From: a virus
Lineage: Duplodnaviria > Caudoviricetes
Reading direction: 5' to 3' (one strand)
Length of the DNA: 64,000 bases
Virus record (IMG/VR): IMGVR_UViG_2923682817_000001
Coordinates: 41,522 to 105,521 of that record
Positions 26,049-34,655 of the stretch are shown piece by piece. Position numbers and translations under genes: made by a program. Numbering within the stretch: position 1 is the first letter of the stretch; each line of letters opens with the position of its first letter. The notes under the pieces are model-generated. The model had not been told where the DNA came from and made no database searches. It saw nothing but the letters and a program-made list of their open reading frames with translations.

Positions 26049-26345
26049 TCAGGCGACCAAGACCTTGAAAACCAGCGCGGTGACTTCGCCCTCGGGCATC
26101 TTCACGGTGGTAAATCCGATCCGGGCCGACAGGGTAATGCCACGGGGTCCTACGAATCCCTGCGCGATGGCCAGAGACTTTGAGGTCTGGTTGACTGCGC
26201 CGGCGCCGATCGCCCGTAGGGAGACGTTCTTGCCCGCGTAGATGGCGTGTGCGACTGCCGCGCCCAGGGCCGACGCGTTGGAGGAGGACTTCACACGCAG
26301 GACGACGTCATCGCCGGTGGTGTCGGTGGGGGCGTTTTCACTCAT
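26049..26345 (-). CDS. spoVS: SpoVS (stage V sporulation protein S) family, Alba-like
   Basis: LRVKSSSN...LGAAVA..I......LRAIGAGAVNQ..K.LAIA.GFV.P.GI. Confidence 0.9.
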   Translation of the reverse strand: MSENAPTDTTGDDVVLRVKSSSNASALGAAVAHAIYAGKNVSLRAIGAGAVNQTSKSLAIAQGFVGPRGITLSARIGFTTVKMPEGEVTALVFKVLVA

Positions 26346-26355
26346 ATTGAGCTCC

Positions 26356-26420
26356 TACTGGATTTACGTTTTGGGTACGTAAGTCCAGATTAGGAGCGAG
26401 GCTTTTTTGGATGGTAAAAG
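26356..26420 (-). promoter_or_regulatory. spoVS promoter (TTTACC..TAATCT) and 5' hairpin
   Basis: CTGGACTTACG..CGTAAATCCAG stem immediately before the AGGAG RBS. Confidence 0.55.
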
Positions 26421-26463
26421 TGAAAAGCCCCAGTGCCTTGTGGGCGCCTGAGGCTTTTCACTT
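26419..26463. terminator. Intrinsic terminator
   Basis: agtgaaaagcc..ggcttttcact. Confidence 0.75.
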
Positions 26464-26502
26464 CATGGATAGCGATGCGCATCCGTCCGTGTCCTGCCCC
26501 CA

Positions 26503-27072
26503 TTATGCCGCAGGTGGCGCCTCGGTGTGTAGTTTCAGTTCCTGGAGTACGGATTTCTCGTACGGATAGTTGGTATTTCCCGTATCGATGGCCTCCGCAA
26601 TGCGGGCCAGCGCGTAGGCGTCGGCGGCGTTATCGTTGGTGAACGCTCTGCCCCACCGTTCATTGACGGCCTTAACCATTTTCTTCTTATCAGCGGAGCC
26701 GGAACCGGTGGTGAAAAGCTTGACCTGGTTCGGGGTAACGATCGTCGGGTACCGCGCTCGGCCGGGGATCAGGTCGTGAAGCAGGCCCTTGACCGCGTAA
26801 CCGAGCTCGCCGGCCTTCTCCCGGCCGTTGCTTGAGCCGTAGGAGTAGCCCTCCATCGCCACGTGGGCGATCCCCAGCCGGTCATCGCGCAGCGAGATAG
26901 TCAGCCAGTATTCGATCGCCTTGAGCACATCCACGCCGGGAGTGACCTTGAGCTGCTTGGCGTCGAACTTCCTCACGATCGTGCTGTCACAGCTCCGGGC
27001 GCCATCCACGTAGAGCTTGCTCAGGCCGAACCCTCCACGCGACTGGTCAATGCCGACATACAGCTTCACCAT
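26503..27072 (-). CDS. ruvC: RuvC-like Holliday junction resolvase
   Basis: VGIDQS, VAMEG, P.QVK..TG.G.ADK, DNAADAYALA. Confidence 0.85.
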   Translation of the reverse strand: MVKLYVGIDQSRGGFGLSKLYVDGARSCDSTIVRKFDAKQLKVTPGVDVLKAIEYWLTISLRDDRLGIAHVAMEGYSYGSSNGREKAGELGYAVKGLLHDLIPGRARYPTIVTPNQVKLFTTGSGSADKKKMVKAVNERWGRAFTNDNAADAYALARIAEAIDTGNTNYPYEKSVLQELKLHTEAPPAA

Positions 27073-27290
27073 GCGAATTCGCCGGTTTCGGTGACGAACT
27101 CGCGGGTGACGTCGTGCCATACGATCTCACCGTTGACGTTGCCGAACGCCTGGTAGATCCGGATCCGCTGACGCTCGTGCGAGTACCGGCCGTTGAGCGC
27201 GAGCTTCACGTGACCTCGCTGGGCGTACGGCCGATCCCGCCTACCGCCCTTGATGAAGTAGATCTCCTTGGGGAGGTTCGGCGTCTTCAC
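27066..27290 (-). CDS. Hypothetical protein, paralog of 27287-27559
   Basis: W.DVT.EFV...G..AW C-terminus. Confidence 0.65.
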   Translation of the reverse strand: MKTPNLPKEIYFIKGGRRDRPYAQRGHVKLALNGRYSHERQRIRIYQAFGNVNGEIVWHDVTREFVTETGEFAW

Positions 27291-27559
27291 CAGGCCCACT
27301 TCCCGTCCTTGACGAAGGTCTCGGTGACGTTGGTCCAGCCCTCGGCTGCGCCGATTTCTGACCGCAGGATCTTCAGCTTCGGGTGGGGGATGTAGCTTGG
27401 CGGCTGACCGATGTGATCTTCCGGAACGTAGGTCTGCCACGACGTGTTGTTCTTCAACGCGCCCTTGACGGATGCACGCGTCCAATACGCACCGTGGTAA
27501 CAGCCGGTGCTGACGTAGTAGACCTCAGACGGAGGCTTGTCATTGAACATGGGACTCAC
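27287..27559 (-). CDS. Hypothetical protein
   Basis: Coupled ORF. Confidence 0.7.
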   Translation of the reverse strand: MSPMFNDKPPSEVYYVSTGCYHGAYWTRASVKGALKNNTSWQTYVPEDHIGQPPSYIPHPKLKILRSEIGAAEGWTNVTETFVKDGKWAW

Positions 27560-28125
27560 TGGGGGGCCGTCCTCTGTACGTTGATGCGGTGCATGACCAT
27601 GTCGGCGCGGGCGTGCAGGTCGGTCAGGTCGCCGTCGTTGCGGACCACGAAGTCGAGCAGCTGCGGGGGCAGGGTGGCCTGCTCCTGGGAGTTGGCCGGG
27701 CCGACGCCGGGGCGAAGGAGGTTGACCAGCTGGGCGCCGAGGGTGGCCTTGAGGACCATGGCCTCATTGAGCTGGCGGACGTCGGAGAAGACCACCCGCT
27801 GGGCCTCCCCCATCCGATCGATCGCTGCGTTGATCCAGATTCGGGAGTCGACCCGCTGACGCATTGACTGTCCAAGGGCGACCATCATCCGGCGGATTTC
27901 CGGGTAGAGGATCTTGGCCTCGCCCCAGCCGATGGTGTCGATGACCTCGCGCAGGTGCACCGGCCGGCCGTCGTCGACCATCAGGACGGGGTTGGTGTCG
28001 AGCAAGACGTCGCGCAGCGGGTCAGCGAAAGCGATCTTCTTGAAGCCATACCAGTGCACCAGGGTGTCGGCAAAGGCGTCCTTGCCGGAGCCGGCGAAGC
28101 CGTGCACGCCGAGAACAACGATCAT
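27556..28125 (-). CDS. Deoxynucleoside monophosphate kinase
   Basis: GFAGSGKD, FADPL, SDVR..NE, NDG. Confidence 0.85.
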   Translation of the reverse strand: MIVVLGVHGFAGSGKDAFADTLVHWYGFKKIAFADPLRDVLLDTNPVLMVDDGRPVHLREVIDTIGWGEAKILYPEIRRMMVALGQSMRQRVDSRIWINAAIDRMGEAQRVVFSDVRQLNEAMVLKATLGAQLVNLLRPGVGPANSQEQATLPPQLLDFVVRNDGDLTDLHARADMVMHRINVQRTAPQ

Positions 28126-28280
28126 TCGTCGGCCTCCTCTTCAGGAGTGGTAATCGAGATCCGAACCACCAGCTTTCCCATGCCCCACAGAAAAAGGACC
28201 GAGCCCATGACAGCCAGGGCGAACAGGCCCAGCACGGCGACCAGAAACTCCATGAATCCGGCAATCGTCATAACGTCCAT
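28122..28280 (-). CDS. Small membrane protein (52 aa)
   Basis: Manual translation; hydrophobic; coupled at both ends. Confidence 0.6.
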   Translation of the reverse strand: MDVMTIAGFMEFLVAVLGLFALAVMGSVLFLWGMGKLVVRISITTPEEEADE

Positions 28281-28972
28281 CAGGCCTCCACCTCGATGTC
28301 CTGGAAGGTGTTGGGGGCCAGTTCCTTGAGCGGCTCCAGGAAGAGCCTGGCCAGCTGGCGGATTTCCCTGTTGGCGCCCTCGGCCGCGCGCAGCTTGATC
28401 ACATCGCGCCAGGCCCGCAGGTTGGCGGAGACGACCAGGTCAGTGGACGTCATCAGCGGCAGCACCTGGGCGCACGCCTCGCGGATTTCCTTCTTACTCA
28501 GGTCGCCGCGGTCCGACAGCCGCTCGGACAGAAACTCGTACTCCTCCTCAGCGCTGAGCCAGGCACGTTCCAACGCCTCGTAGATTTCCCGGTCGTCCTC
28601 GGCGGCCTCTTCCAGGGTGGGGTGGACGACGAATTCCCGGGGCGGACAAAAGCGCAGGCTCTCCACGCTGAACTGGTGGAAGCGGTGGCGAGTGAACTCC
28701 CCCAGCAGGTGTCGGGAGACGCCCTGGACCAGGAACGGGAACGACACGTGTTCGTAGATGTTGAAGTGCCGGCGTGCCTGAATGTTGGCGTGGTAGCCGC
28801 GGCTGGTGCGGGTCTCCTCCCGCGGCCGGTCGAAGGACCGATAGCAGCCGCGGCCGGCGAACTCGCCGATACGGTCGGCCGCGGTCGGCATCTCGTCCTC
28901 GAACTCCAGCGGCTGGAGCATCTCGTCAACGATCGGCGTGGTCTGAATGGTGTAGAGCAGGGAAATCTTCAC
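28280..28972 (-). CDS. thyX: Flavin-dependent thymidylate synthase
   Basis: AGRGCYRS, H..I.EH, GVSR...EFTRHR..FSVESLR, N.RAWR. Confidence 0.9.
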   Translation of the reverse strand: MKISLLYTIQTTPIVDEMLQPLEFEDEMPTAADRIGEFAGRGCYRSFDRPREETRTSRGYHANIQARRHFNIYEHVSFPFLVQGVSRHLLGEFTRHRFHQFSVESLRFCPPREFVVHPTLEEAAEDDREIYEALERAWLSAEEEYEFLSERLSDRGDLSKKEIREACAQVLPLMTSTDLVVSANLRAWRDVIKLRAAEGANREIRQLARLFLEPLKELAPNTFQDIEVEA

Positions 28973-29301
28973 GGGGCATCTCCGGTAGTGGCGGGGGCGA
29001 GGCAGCAGCCGTCACAGGTGTGGACGGCCATGTAGTCCATGCCGGCGGTGCGGTAGTAGGCCAGCGAGTCAGGGTCGGGGTGGTTGGCTCCGTGCTCGCA
29101 GGTCCGCTCGGCGAGGAACTGCTTATCGGCCCTGTAGGTGATCGGCCAGCGCCGCATGTGGTGGTCGGTCGGCTTGTGGATCACGCAGCGGTCGCCGACG
29201 CAGGTCCGCACACCGTGGGTGCGAAGCAGCGTCGGAGGCTGGCCCGGGACCGGCTCGACGGAAAACAGCTCGTAGGTGTCGGGGTCGGTCAGGTGGTCCA
29301 T
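28969..29301 (-). CDS. Cys/His-rich hypothetical protein
   Basis: C..C.IH.P..H, ER.C.HG..HPDPD, H.CDGCC. Confidence 0.7.
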   Translation of the reverse strand: MDHLTDPDTYELFSVEPVPGQPPTLLRTHGVRTCVGDRCVIHKPTDHHMRRWPITYRADKQFLAERTCEHGANHPDPDSLAYYRTAGMDYMAVHTCDGCCLAPATTGDAP

Positions 29302-29798
29302 TTGGCTGCTCTTCCTTCACGGTCTGATCGGGCGGTTCGTCGGGTGAGTTCGCGAGACAGGAAACGCTCCAGGCGCTCGGCGTTGAGGTAGCCGGTTTCC
29401 TCGCGTTTGCGGTCGGCGTAGGCGTCCAGGTAGGTGTCATTGGCCTGCTGCACCTCGTCGTCTGCGTAGGCGCCGGCCTTGGCCGCGGTGACGGACTTGG
29501 CGGCCTTACCGAGGACTGCCTGAGCTCGGCGGATCTCCAGCACGCTTTCGGCGTACTTTTCGGCTACCTGAGCTCGGGAGTGCTTCGCGCTGTGGTAGTT
29601 CACCCACTGAGACATCTCGCCGAACAGGCGCATCAGCTCGCCGTCGTCCAGGCCGGTTACGTCCTTCGGGATCCGCGGTGGCGCGTCGTCGGGTTCCTCG
29701 GGGTCGTACAGGCTTGCCAGCTGACGCTCGGCCTTCTGCTCCAGCCGCTTCTCCTCGGCGGCGGCGACCACGTTGCGGCTGCGTCGAATCGTCCGCAT
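29289..29798 (-). CDS. Helical protein, possibly a UvsY-like recombination mediator
   Basis: Coiled-coil ending LSRELTRR; recombination gene context. Confidence 0.45.
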   Translation of the reverse strand: MRTIRRSRNVVAAAEEKRLEQKAERQLASLYDPEEPDDAPPRIPKDVTGLDDGELMRLFGEMSQWVNYHSAKHSRAQVAEKYAESVLEIRRAQAVLGKAAKSVTAAKAGAYADDEVQQANDTYLDAYADRKREETGYLNAERLERFLSRELTRRTARSDREGRAAKWTT

Positions 29799-30645
29799 CG
29801 CTTCCCTTCCAGCATTCGGTAGCCCAGCTGCAGGAGCTGCACGGCTTCTTGTCGGACTTGTCGAAAGCGCGCGGCGGGACCGGTCCCCCGTGCAGCGCGT
29901 CGGCGACGGATTCGGCCTTGGCCAGCAGCGGCTCGATCACGCGGGGGCTGATCTTGATCGTGAACGATTTGGTCTGCTGATTCGGCTTGAACTCGTACAG
30001 GAAGACCATTTCGTCTACGTCGATGCCCATGAGCTGGGCGATTTTCAGGTAGACGTTCGCCTGCTTGACGTGGGGCTTCAGAGGCCTCTGAAGGTCGGCC
30101 CACAGGCCGTCCAGGTCGACCAGGTTCTTTCCGTTGACCGTGGCGTGGGTGTGCTTCTTCAGCAGCTCCGGCTCGTCCATCCGGACGGTTCCCTTGCCGA
30201 TGGACTTGATCTCGATCAGGCGGCGGCCCACCTTGCCGTCGGCGTGGCCGCAGATCAGCAGCTCCTTCTCGGCGTCCAGCGGGACCTCGCCGTAGGTGAG
30301 GCCTGTCACGCTGTCGCACTTGGTGCAGGAGAGCGGGTCGGTACCGAAGTCGACGCCGCGCCGGCCGCAGTCCAGGCAGTCCCAGCGGCCTTCCAGCACC
30401 CCCATCTCCCGCAGCCAGCCCTGCCACTTGCGGTGGATGTCGTGCCCCTCCTCGAAGATGGACAAGGTGCCGACGGCGAACTGTTCACCCGCGTACGGTT
30501 TGCCGTCCCGAACGTCGCGGATGCGGTAGTAGGTGGCCCTGGGGCACCAGTCGTGGGCGGCCATTTCGGAGGGGTGGATGATGTCTTGGCGCCGGTCTGA
30601 GGGGGCGTCGGCCTTCTTGATCAGGTGGGCCTGAATGTCTCCCAT
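29506..30645 (-). CDS. Cas4-family exonuclease (start may be CTG 30702)
   Basis: HPSE..CPR, G..IH, GHADG, IEIKS, Q..VY, CSSC.W..C. Confidence 0.8.
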   Translation of the reverse strand: MGDIQAHLIKKADAPSDRRQDIIHPSEMAAHDWCPRATYYRIRDVRDGKPYAGEQFAVGTLSIFEEGHDIHRKWQGWLREMGVLEGRWDCLDCGRRGVDFGTDPLSCTKCDSVTGLTYGEVPLDAEKELLICGHADGKVGRRLIEIKSIGKGTVRMDEPELLKKHTHATVNGKNLVDLDGLWADLQRPLKPHVKQANVYLKIAQLMGIDVDEMVFLYEFKPNQQTKSFTIKISPRVIEPLLAKAESVADALHGGPVPPRAFDKSDKKPCSSCSWATECWKGSDADDSTQPQRGRRRRGEAAGAEGRASAGKPVRPRGTRRRATADPEGRNRPGRRRADAPVRRDVSVGELPQREALPSSGSRKVRRKRAGDPPSSGSPR

Positions 30646-30698
30646 CAGGCCGCCGGTTTTCCGGGTGTTGGCCAGGTCTGCCAGGCGTCCCTGAAGCT

Positions 30699-31073
30699 TC
30701 AGTCGAGCAGGAGAAGGTCGTCCTCGTCGAAGTCGCTTGGCTTTGGTGTCGGCGGGTGCCACTTCAGCTCCAGGTAGGGATCGGCCCGGCGGGCGAGGCG
30801 GAGGTTGCGTCGGTCGTGTGGGAGCATTCCGCCCCATACGCCGCCCGTCTCGTTGTTGATCAGCGCGAAGTCCAGGCAGGTGTCTCGCATGGGGCACCGG
30901 CGGCCGTCGGATTCGCCGTTGCAGATGTCCAGGCAGTCGATCTCGTATTCGACGTCGAACCAGGGGTCGTAGCCGCGCGAGAGGTCCGGCGGGAACTTGA
31001 GGCACTTGGCGGCTTTGGTGTCGTTGCCGGCTGCTCTCCAGTCCGGGGCCTTCACCCGCGGCTTGAGGACCAC
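30699..31073 (-). CDS. whiB: WhiB family transcription factor
   Basis: C..IC..CP.R..CL.FA....E..GVWGG. Confidence 0.9.
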   Translation of the reverse strand: MVLKPRVKAPDWRAAGNDTKAAKCLKFPPDLSRGYDPWFDVEYEIDCLDICNGESDGRRCPMRDTCLDFALINNETGGVWGGMLPHDRRNLRLARRADPYLELKWHPPTPKPSDFDEDDLLLLD

Positions 31074-31381
31074 TAGCCGGCCTCCTGTACCAGCGTCAGG
31101 TAGTCCTCTTCGGACATCACCAGCCAGTTCCGCCCGCCCATCTGGATGCCGAAGAGCATCGACCTGCCGTTGTCGAGCAGGGCTTGGCGCTCGGCGGCCA
31201 GCAGCTCGGCCAGCTTCAGCGGATACTGCTTGGCTGAGGTGACCTTGTATTCGATCGACGTGGTCGGGGTGCGGACATCGTTCTTACGCCAGGGGCCGTT
31301 TCCGGAGCCGCTGTTGACGGTCCCACCGTGAAGTGCCGCGCCGCGGCGCTCCTGCTGGCGGGAGTCCTTGAGGCTGCTCAC
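31073..31381 (-). CDS. PD-(D/E)XK nuclease (Hjc-like resolvase)
   Basis: QE..A...GG...GSG...K.DV....IEYK. Confidence 0.7.
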   Translation of the reverse strand: MSSLKDSRQQERRGAALHGGTVNSGSGNGPWRKNDVRTPTTSIEYKVTSAKQYPLKLAELLAAERQALLDNGRSMLFGIQMGGRNWLVMSEEDYLTLVQEAG

Positions 31382-31707
31382 TTCGGAACCTCCCCGAGCT
31401 CCTTGGCGCGCTTCACGACCGCCCCGAGGGTGTCGTAGAAGTCGCGTGCCAGCCCCTTGCCGAACTCGTCGCTGTTGATCCAGTCACTGAACGCGCGCAG
31501 GCGGCGGATCTCGGCCACCAGCTGCGGCGCGTACTCGCGCATCACCAGGTAGAAGGTCAGGTCTCGGCCGCGGTCGTCGTCGGTCAGGCGTAGGCCGTCG
31601 GGGAAGCGGCGGCGAGTGAATTCCGGGTCTCCGGGACGGCCGGGCCAGAAGTCGGTGACGACCTCGTTGGAGAGCTTCTCCAGGTAGTCGAGCGTCTCGG
31701 GGGTCAT
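31378..31707 (-). CDS. Hypothetical protein (MTPETLDY..)
   Basis: Coupled ORF. Confidence 0.65.
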   Translation of the reverse strand: MTPETLDYLEKLSNEVVTDFWPGRPGDPEFTRRRFPDGLRLTDDDRGRDLTFYLVMREYAPQLVAEIRRLRAFSDWINSDEFGKGLARDFYDTLGAVVKRAKELGEVPK

Positions 31708-31823
31708 GCGAATAGTCCGTTCAGTGCTATGACGAGTAGGCCAGCGGCGAGCATGGTCAGGCCGATAAAGATGAGCAGCAGACCTTTTTCGGCGCCGGTC
31801 GCGGGCCTGCGGTGGGCGGCCAT
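31704..31823 (-). CDS. Small membrane protein (39 aa)
   Basis: Manual translation MAAHRR..LLLIFIGLTMLAAGLLVIAL. Confidence 0.55.
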   Translation of the reverse strand: MAAHRRPATGAEKGLLLIFIGLTMLAAGLLVIALNGLFA

Positions 31824-32386
31824 CAAAACAGCGTCCGCTGGTCGGGGTGCACGGCCGGCGGATGTGCGGCGCCGGTGAGGAAGTCGTGGATCTGCTTGTC
31901 ATGGTGGGCATCGGACAGCGCATGGTGCGGCCGGCCGATCTGCTTGGGCAGGCGCGGCTTTCCCATCCGGACGATTTCCTGCTGGAGCTCGTTGGTGTAC
32001 TTCGGGCAGTGCTGCGGGAGGTCGAGCATCCGGCCGAACAGCTGCGCGAGGGCCACGTGATCGTAGGCGGCGTAGTAGGCCCACAACTCCGGATCGGGGG
32101 TCTCCCCGATGAAGGCAGAGACATCATCGGCAATGTTGTGAGGACGCCGGACGGCTCCGTACTCCGGGTGCTCGTAGTCCCAGTCCCAGATTTTCGTGGT
32201 GCCGGTGTATCGAACGGGCAGGTGCGGAAAGACGTTGTCCATCAACCAGGGGTTGCCGAGCATCCTGGGGATGTTGGCCGGGCTGACCCGGTAGAGCTCG
32301 CGGCCGTCCTCGGCCACCATGCCTATGGAGATGAACAGGATCCGGTCCCCGGTATCCACGAACTCGGTGTCGTACCAGATTTTCAC
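31823..32386 (-). CDS. DEDDh 3'-5' exoribonuclease (Rv2179c/RNase AS-like)
   Basis: WYDTEF, ISIGMV.EDG.E.Y, LWAYY.AYD.V.L.QL.G, H.AL.DA. Confidence 0.85.
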   Translation of the reverse strand: MKIWYDTEFVDTGDRILFISIGMVAEDGRELYRVSPANIPRMLGNPWLMDNVFPHLPVRYTGTTKIWDWDYEHPEYGAVRRPHNIADDVSAFIGETPDPELWAYYAAYDHVALAQLFGRMLDLPQHCPKYTNELQQEIVRMGKPRLPKQIGRPHHALSDAHHDKQIHDFLTGAAHPPAVHPDQRTLF

Positions 32387-32487
32387 TGGGGGTCCTCTCG
32401 GTCCTGCTCGAACTGTGCCGCGATGGCGTCGGCGAGCAGGACCACGATCAGGAAGGCGAAGAAGATCGCCGCGAAGGTGTGCTTCAC
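32383..32487 (-). CDS. Small membrane protein (34 aa)
   Basis: Manual translation; GTGA coupling. Confidence 0.5.
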   Translation of the reverse strand: MKHTFAAIFFAFLIVVLLADAIAAQFEQDREDPQ

Positions 32488-32576
32488 TTCTTGCCGCGCT
32501 CCCGCCAGGCGCTGATGGCCTGGGTGAGGGTGAAGTAGGTGAGGATCATGGCCATGCCGATCAGGAAGTCACTCAC
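32484..32576 (-). CDS. Small membrane protein (30 aa)
   Basis: Manual translation; GTGA coupling. Confidence 0.5.
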   Translation of the reverse strand: MSDFLIGMAMILTYFTLTQAISAWRERGKK

Positions 32577-32791
32577 TGGGCCGCTTTCTTCGCGTTGGCC
32601 CAGTCGCAGCTAGGGCCGCCCTTACTGGCGCCGCTCCAGACCAGGCACAGAACCCTGCGGCCGTCCTGGGTCTGGACCTGTACCTCGGACCAGCTCTGCG
32701 GGCTTTCGGGAGACCGGTTGAGCTCAGCGCAGCCGGAAGTTGCCAGGACCAGGCCAGCCAGGGCGGTGAGAAGAAGTCCGCGGCGCTTCAC
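32573..32791 (-). CDS. Lipoprotein
   Basis: KRR + hydrophobic core + TSGC lipobox. Confidence 0.7.
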   Translation of the reverse strand: MKRRGLLLTALAGLVLATSGCAELNRSPESPQSWSEVQVQTQDGRRVLCLVWSGASKGGPSCDWANAKKAAQ

Positions 32792-33084
32792 TGGACACCG
32801 TCCTGCGGGCACTTCGAGTCGCGCTCGACCCAGATCTGAGAGGCGTACTCGGTCTTGTCGTCACTAGACCCGTGGGTGGTCGACCAGACGCGGAACCCGT
32901 GGGAGCACTTGGTGGCGAGGTTGCCGAAGGTGTCGGGCATGTTGATGATCTCGGCGCCGGAGTTGTCGACCTTGCCGATCGGGGTGTCCCCGCGGCCGTT
33001 TTTCTGGTTGAACTCCGAGCAGCCGGTCAGCAGCAGAGCGGCGGCCACTGAGCCGGCGACCAGGAAGAGGGTATGGCTACGCAT
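32788..33084 (-). CDS. Lipoprotein
   Basis: LLTGC lipobox. Confidence 0.75.
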   Translation of the reverse strand: MRSHTLFLVAGSVAAALLLTGCSEFNQKNGRGDTPIGKVDNSGAEIINMPDTFGNLATKCSHGFRVWSTTHGSSDDKTEYASQIWVERDSKCPQDGVQ

Positions 33085-34153
33085 CAGCGGTGTCCTTGAG
33101 GTTTTCGTGGTCGGGGCGGGCCGCGGCGGCGAGGATGTCGGCGCGCAGCTGGCCCTGCAGCTCGGCGTCTTCGCGCAGGTCGTCCAGGAGTTTTTCCTTG
33201 CCCGGACCCCACCGGCGTTCGCCGACGGTGTAGTAGGCGCCGCGGCGGACGATCAGGTCGTAGAGCAGGCCGTAGGTGAGCAGTTCCTTGACGGTGTCGT
33301 AGTCGCCGCGCGAGAAGCCCAGCACCGGGGCGTCGCGGAAGAAAAAGTCCACGGTCGCGACCTGCTGGGGCGGGCCGGCCTTGTGCTTGATGGTGCGCAC
33401 CTTGATGACTTGGCCGACGCGCGTCTTGCCCTTGCCGGGGCGGGACTCGTCGATGAACTCGTCTCGCTTGACTTCGACGCGGGTGTAGAAAAAGTAGTTC
33501 TTGGCCTTGCCGCCGGGCGTGGTCTGGGGCACCCCGTGGGGGCTGAATCCGCCGATCTGGTCGCGGTACTGGTTGATGATGATGCCGAGGATCGGGCGCT
33601 CTTCGCCGTTCATGGCGCGCTTGGTGGCGGCGCCGGCTTTTCTGAAGAACTTGCCGGTGAGCCTGGCGCCGAGTGCGACCACGGCGTCTTCCATCGTCTT
33701 CTCGGCCTCTTCCGACGGGATCAGGGCCGGGTAGGAGTCGAGCACAATCGCGTCGACCGACTTGGATTCGGCGAAGCGGAGCATGGTTTCGTAGGCGAAT
33801 TCCATGTCCTGGGTCGGGACCACGATGACGCGGGAGTTGTCGACGCCGAGGGCCTTGGCCTGGTCGGCGTCGTAGTGCTCGGCGGCGATCCACAAGGCCA
33901 CGAACGCCGGATTGAGGCGCTGATTGGCCGCGATGGTCTTGAGGACGATCGCCGTCTTGCCCTGGCTCTCCTTGCCGATCACCTCGACCCACTGGTTACC
34001 GGGCCAGCCGCCCCCGAGGATCACGTCTAGGCCGAGAGATCCGGTCGTGAATCGGGCTCCGAGCACCATGTCAGTGCCGGCGACGATGGCGCCTTCCCCG
34101 TGCTCCTTATTGATCTTCGCGATGAGGGCGGCGGCCTCGGGGGCGAGGGTCAC
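33077..34153 (-). CDS. recA: RecA/UvsX-like recombinase
   Basis: TGSLGLD..LGGG.P, GKESQGKT, IVLDS, INQ.R, TPGG. Confidence 0.92.
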   Translation of the reverse strand: MTLAPEAAALIAKINKEHGEGAIVAGTDMVLGARFTTGSLGLDVILGGGWPGNQWVEVIGKESQGKTAIVLKTIAANQRLNPAFVALWIAAEHYDADQAKALGVDNSRVIVVPTQDMEFAYETMLRFAESKSVDAIVLDSYPALIPSEEAEKTMEDAVVALGARLTGKFFRKAGAATKRAMNGEERPILGIIINQYRDQIGGFSPHGVPQTTPGGKAKNYFFYTRVEVKRDEFIDESRPGKGKTRVGQVIKVRTIKHKAGPPQQVATVDFFFRDAPVLGFSRGDYDTVKELLTYGLLYDLIVRRGAYYTVGERRWGPGKEKLLDDLREDAELQGQLRADILAAAARPDHENLKDTADA

Positions 34154-34362
34154 AGTCCGTTCCTGCGGTCGGCTACGGCCTTCTTGGCACGGGCCTTGGG
34201 CGGCAGGTCCTTGGCGACCGGCGGGAGCGTGCGGATCGCGTTGTAGTCAACGGCGTCCATGCCTTCGCCGGATTTCGCGCCGGCGCGGGAGAGCGCGGAC
34301 TTTCCGTCCAGAATGCGGCCGTCGGCGGCGAGGGCCTTGGGGGTGCTGCAGGGGCCGGGCAA
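34150..34362 (-). CDS. Small basic hypothetical protein
   Basis: TTG after AGGAG; coupled to recA. Confidence 0.6.
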   Translation of the reverse strand: MPGPCSTPKALAADGRILDGKSALSRAGAKSGEGMDAVDYNAIRTLPPVAKDLPPKARAKKAVADRRNGL

Positions 34363-34517
34363 TTCAGGCTCCTAACTTGGACAAACGGAAATGGTGTGGG
34401 TGAAACGCTAAGGAATCACCCACACCATCACCAGTTAGGACCCAACTACTGAAAGCGTTTAATTTCCGGCGGCCACTGTCTTTTTTGATTACCCCTCGGC
34501 GGGGGTAGGGCTGTTTG

Positions 34518-34655
34518 TCAGTGCGGCGAGCAGACGTGCTCGCCGGCCGCCTCGTCCATCTCCGAAAGGGCGGTGCCCGCAACCACTTCCATGAGTGCGT
34601 CCTGGCAGGTATCGCAGGTCAGCCAGTAGTAGCCGCTGTCGCCGTTGATGTACAT
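34518..34655 (-). CDS. Small CxxC..HxC protein (45 aa)
   Basis: Manual translation MYINGDSGYYWLTCDTC..EHVC. Confidence 0.55.
   Translation of the reverse strand: MYINGDSGYYWLTCDTCQDALMEVVAGTALSEMDEAAGEHVCSPH

Noticed and set aside
29506-30645. Cas4 as evidence of a CRISPR-Cas system
   Set aside because: Solo Cas4-like nucleases are common phage recombination genes; no other cas genes or array
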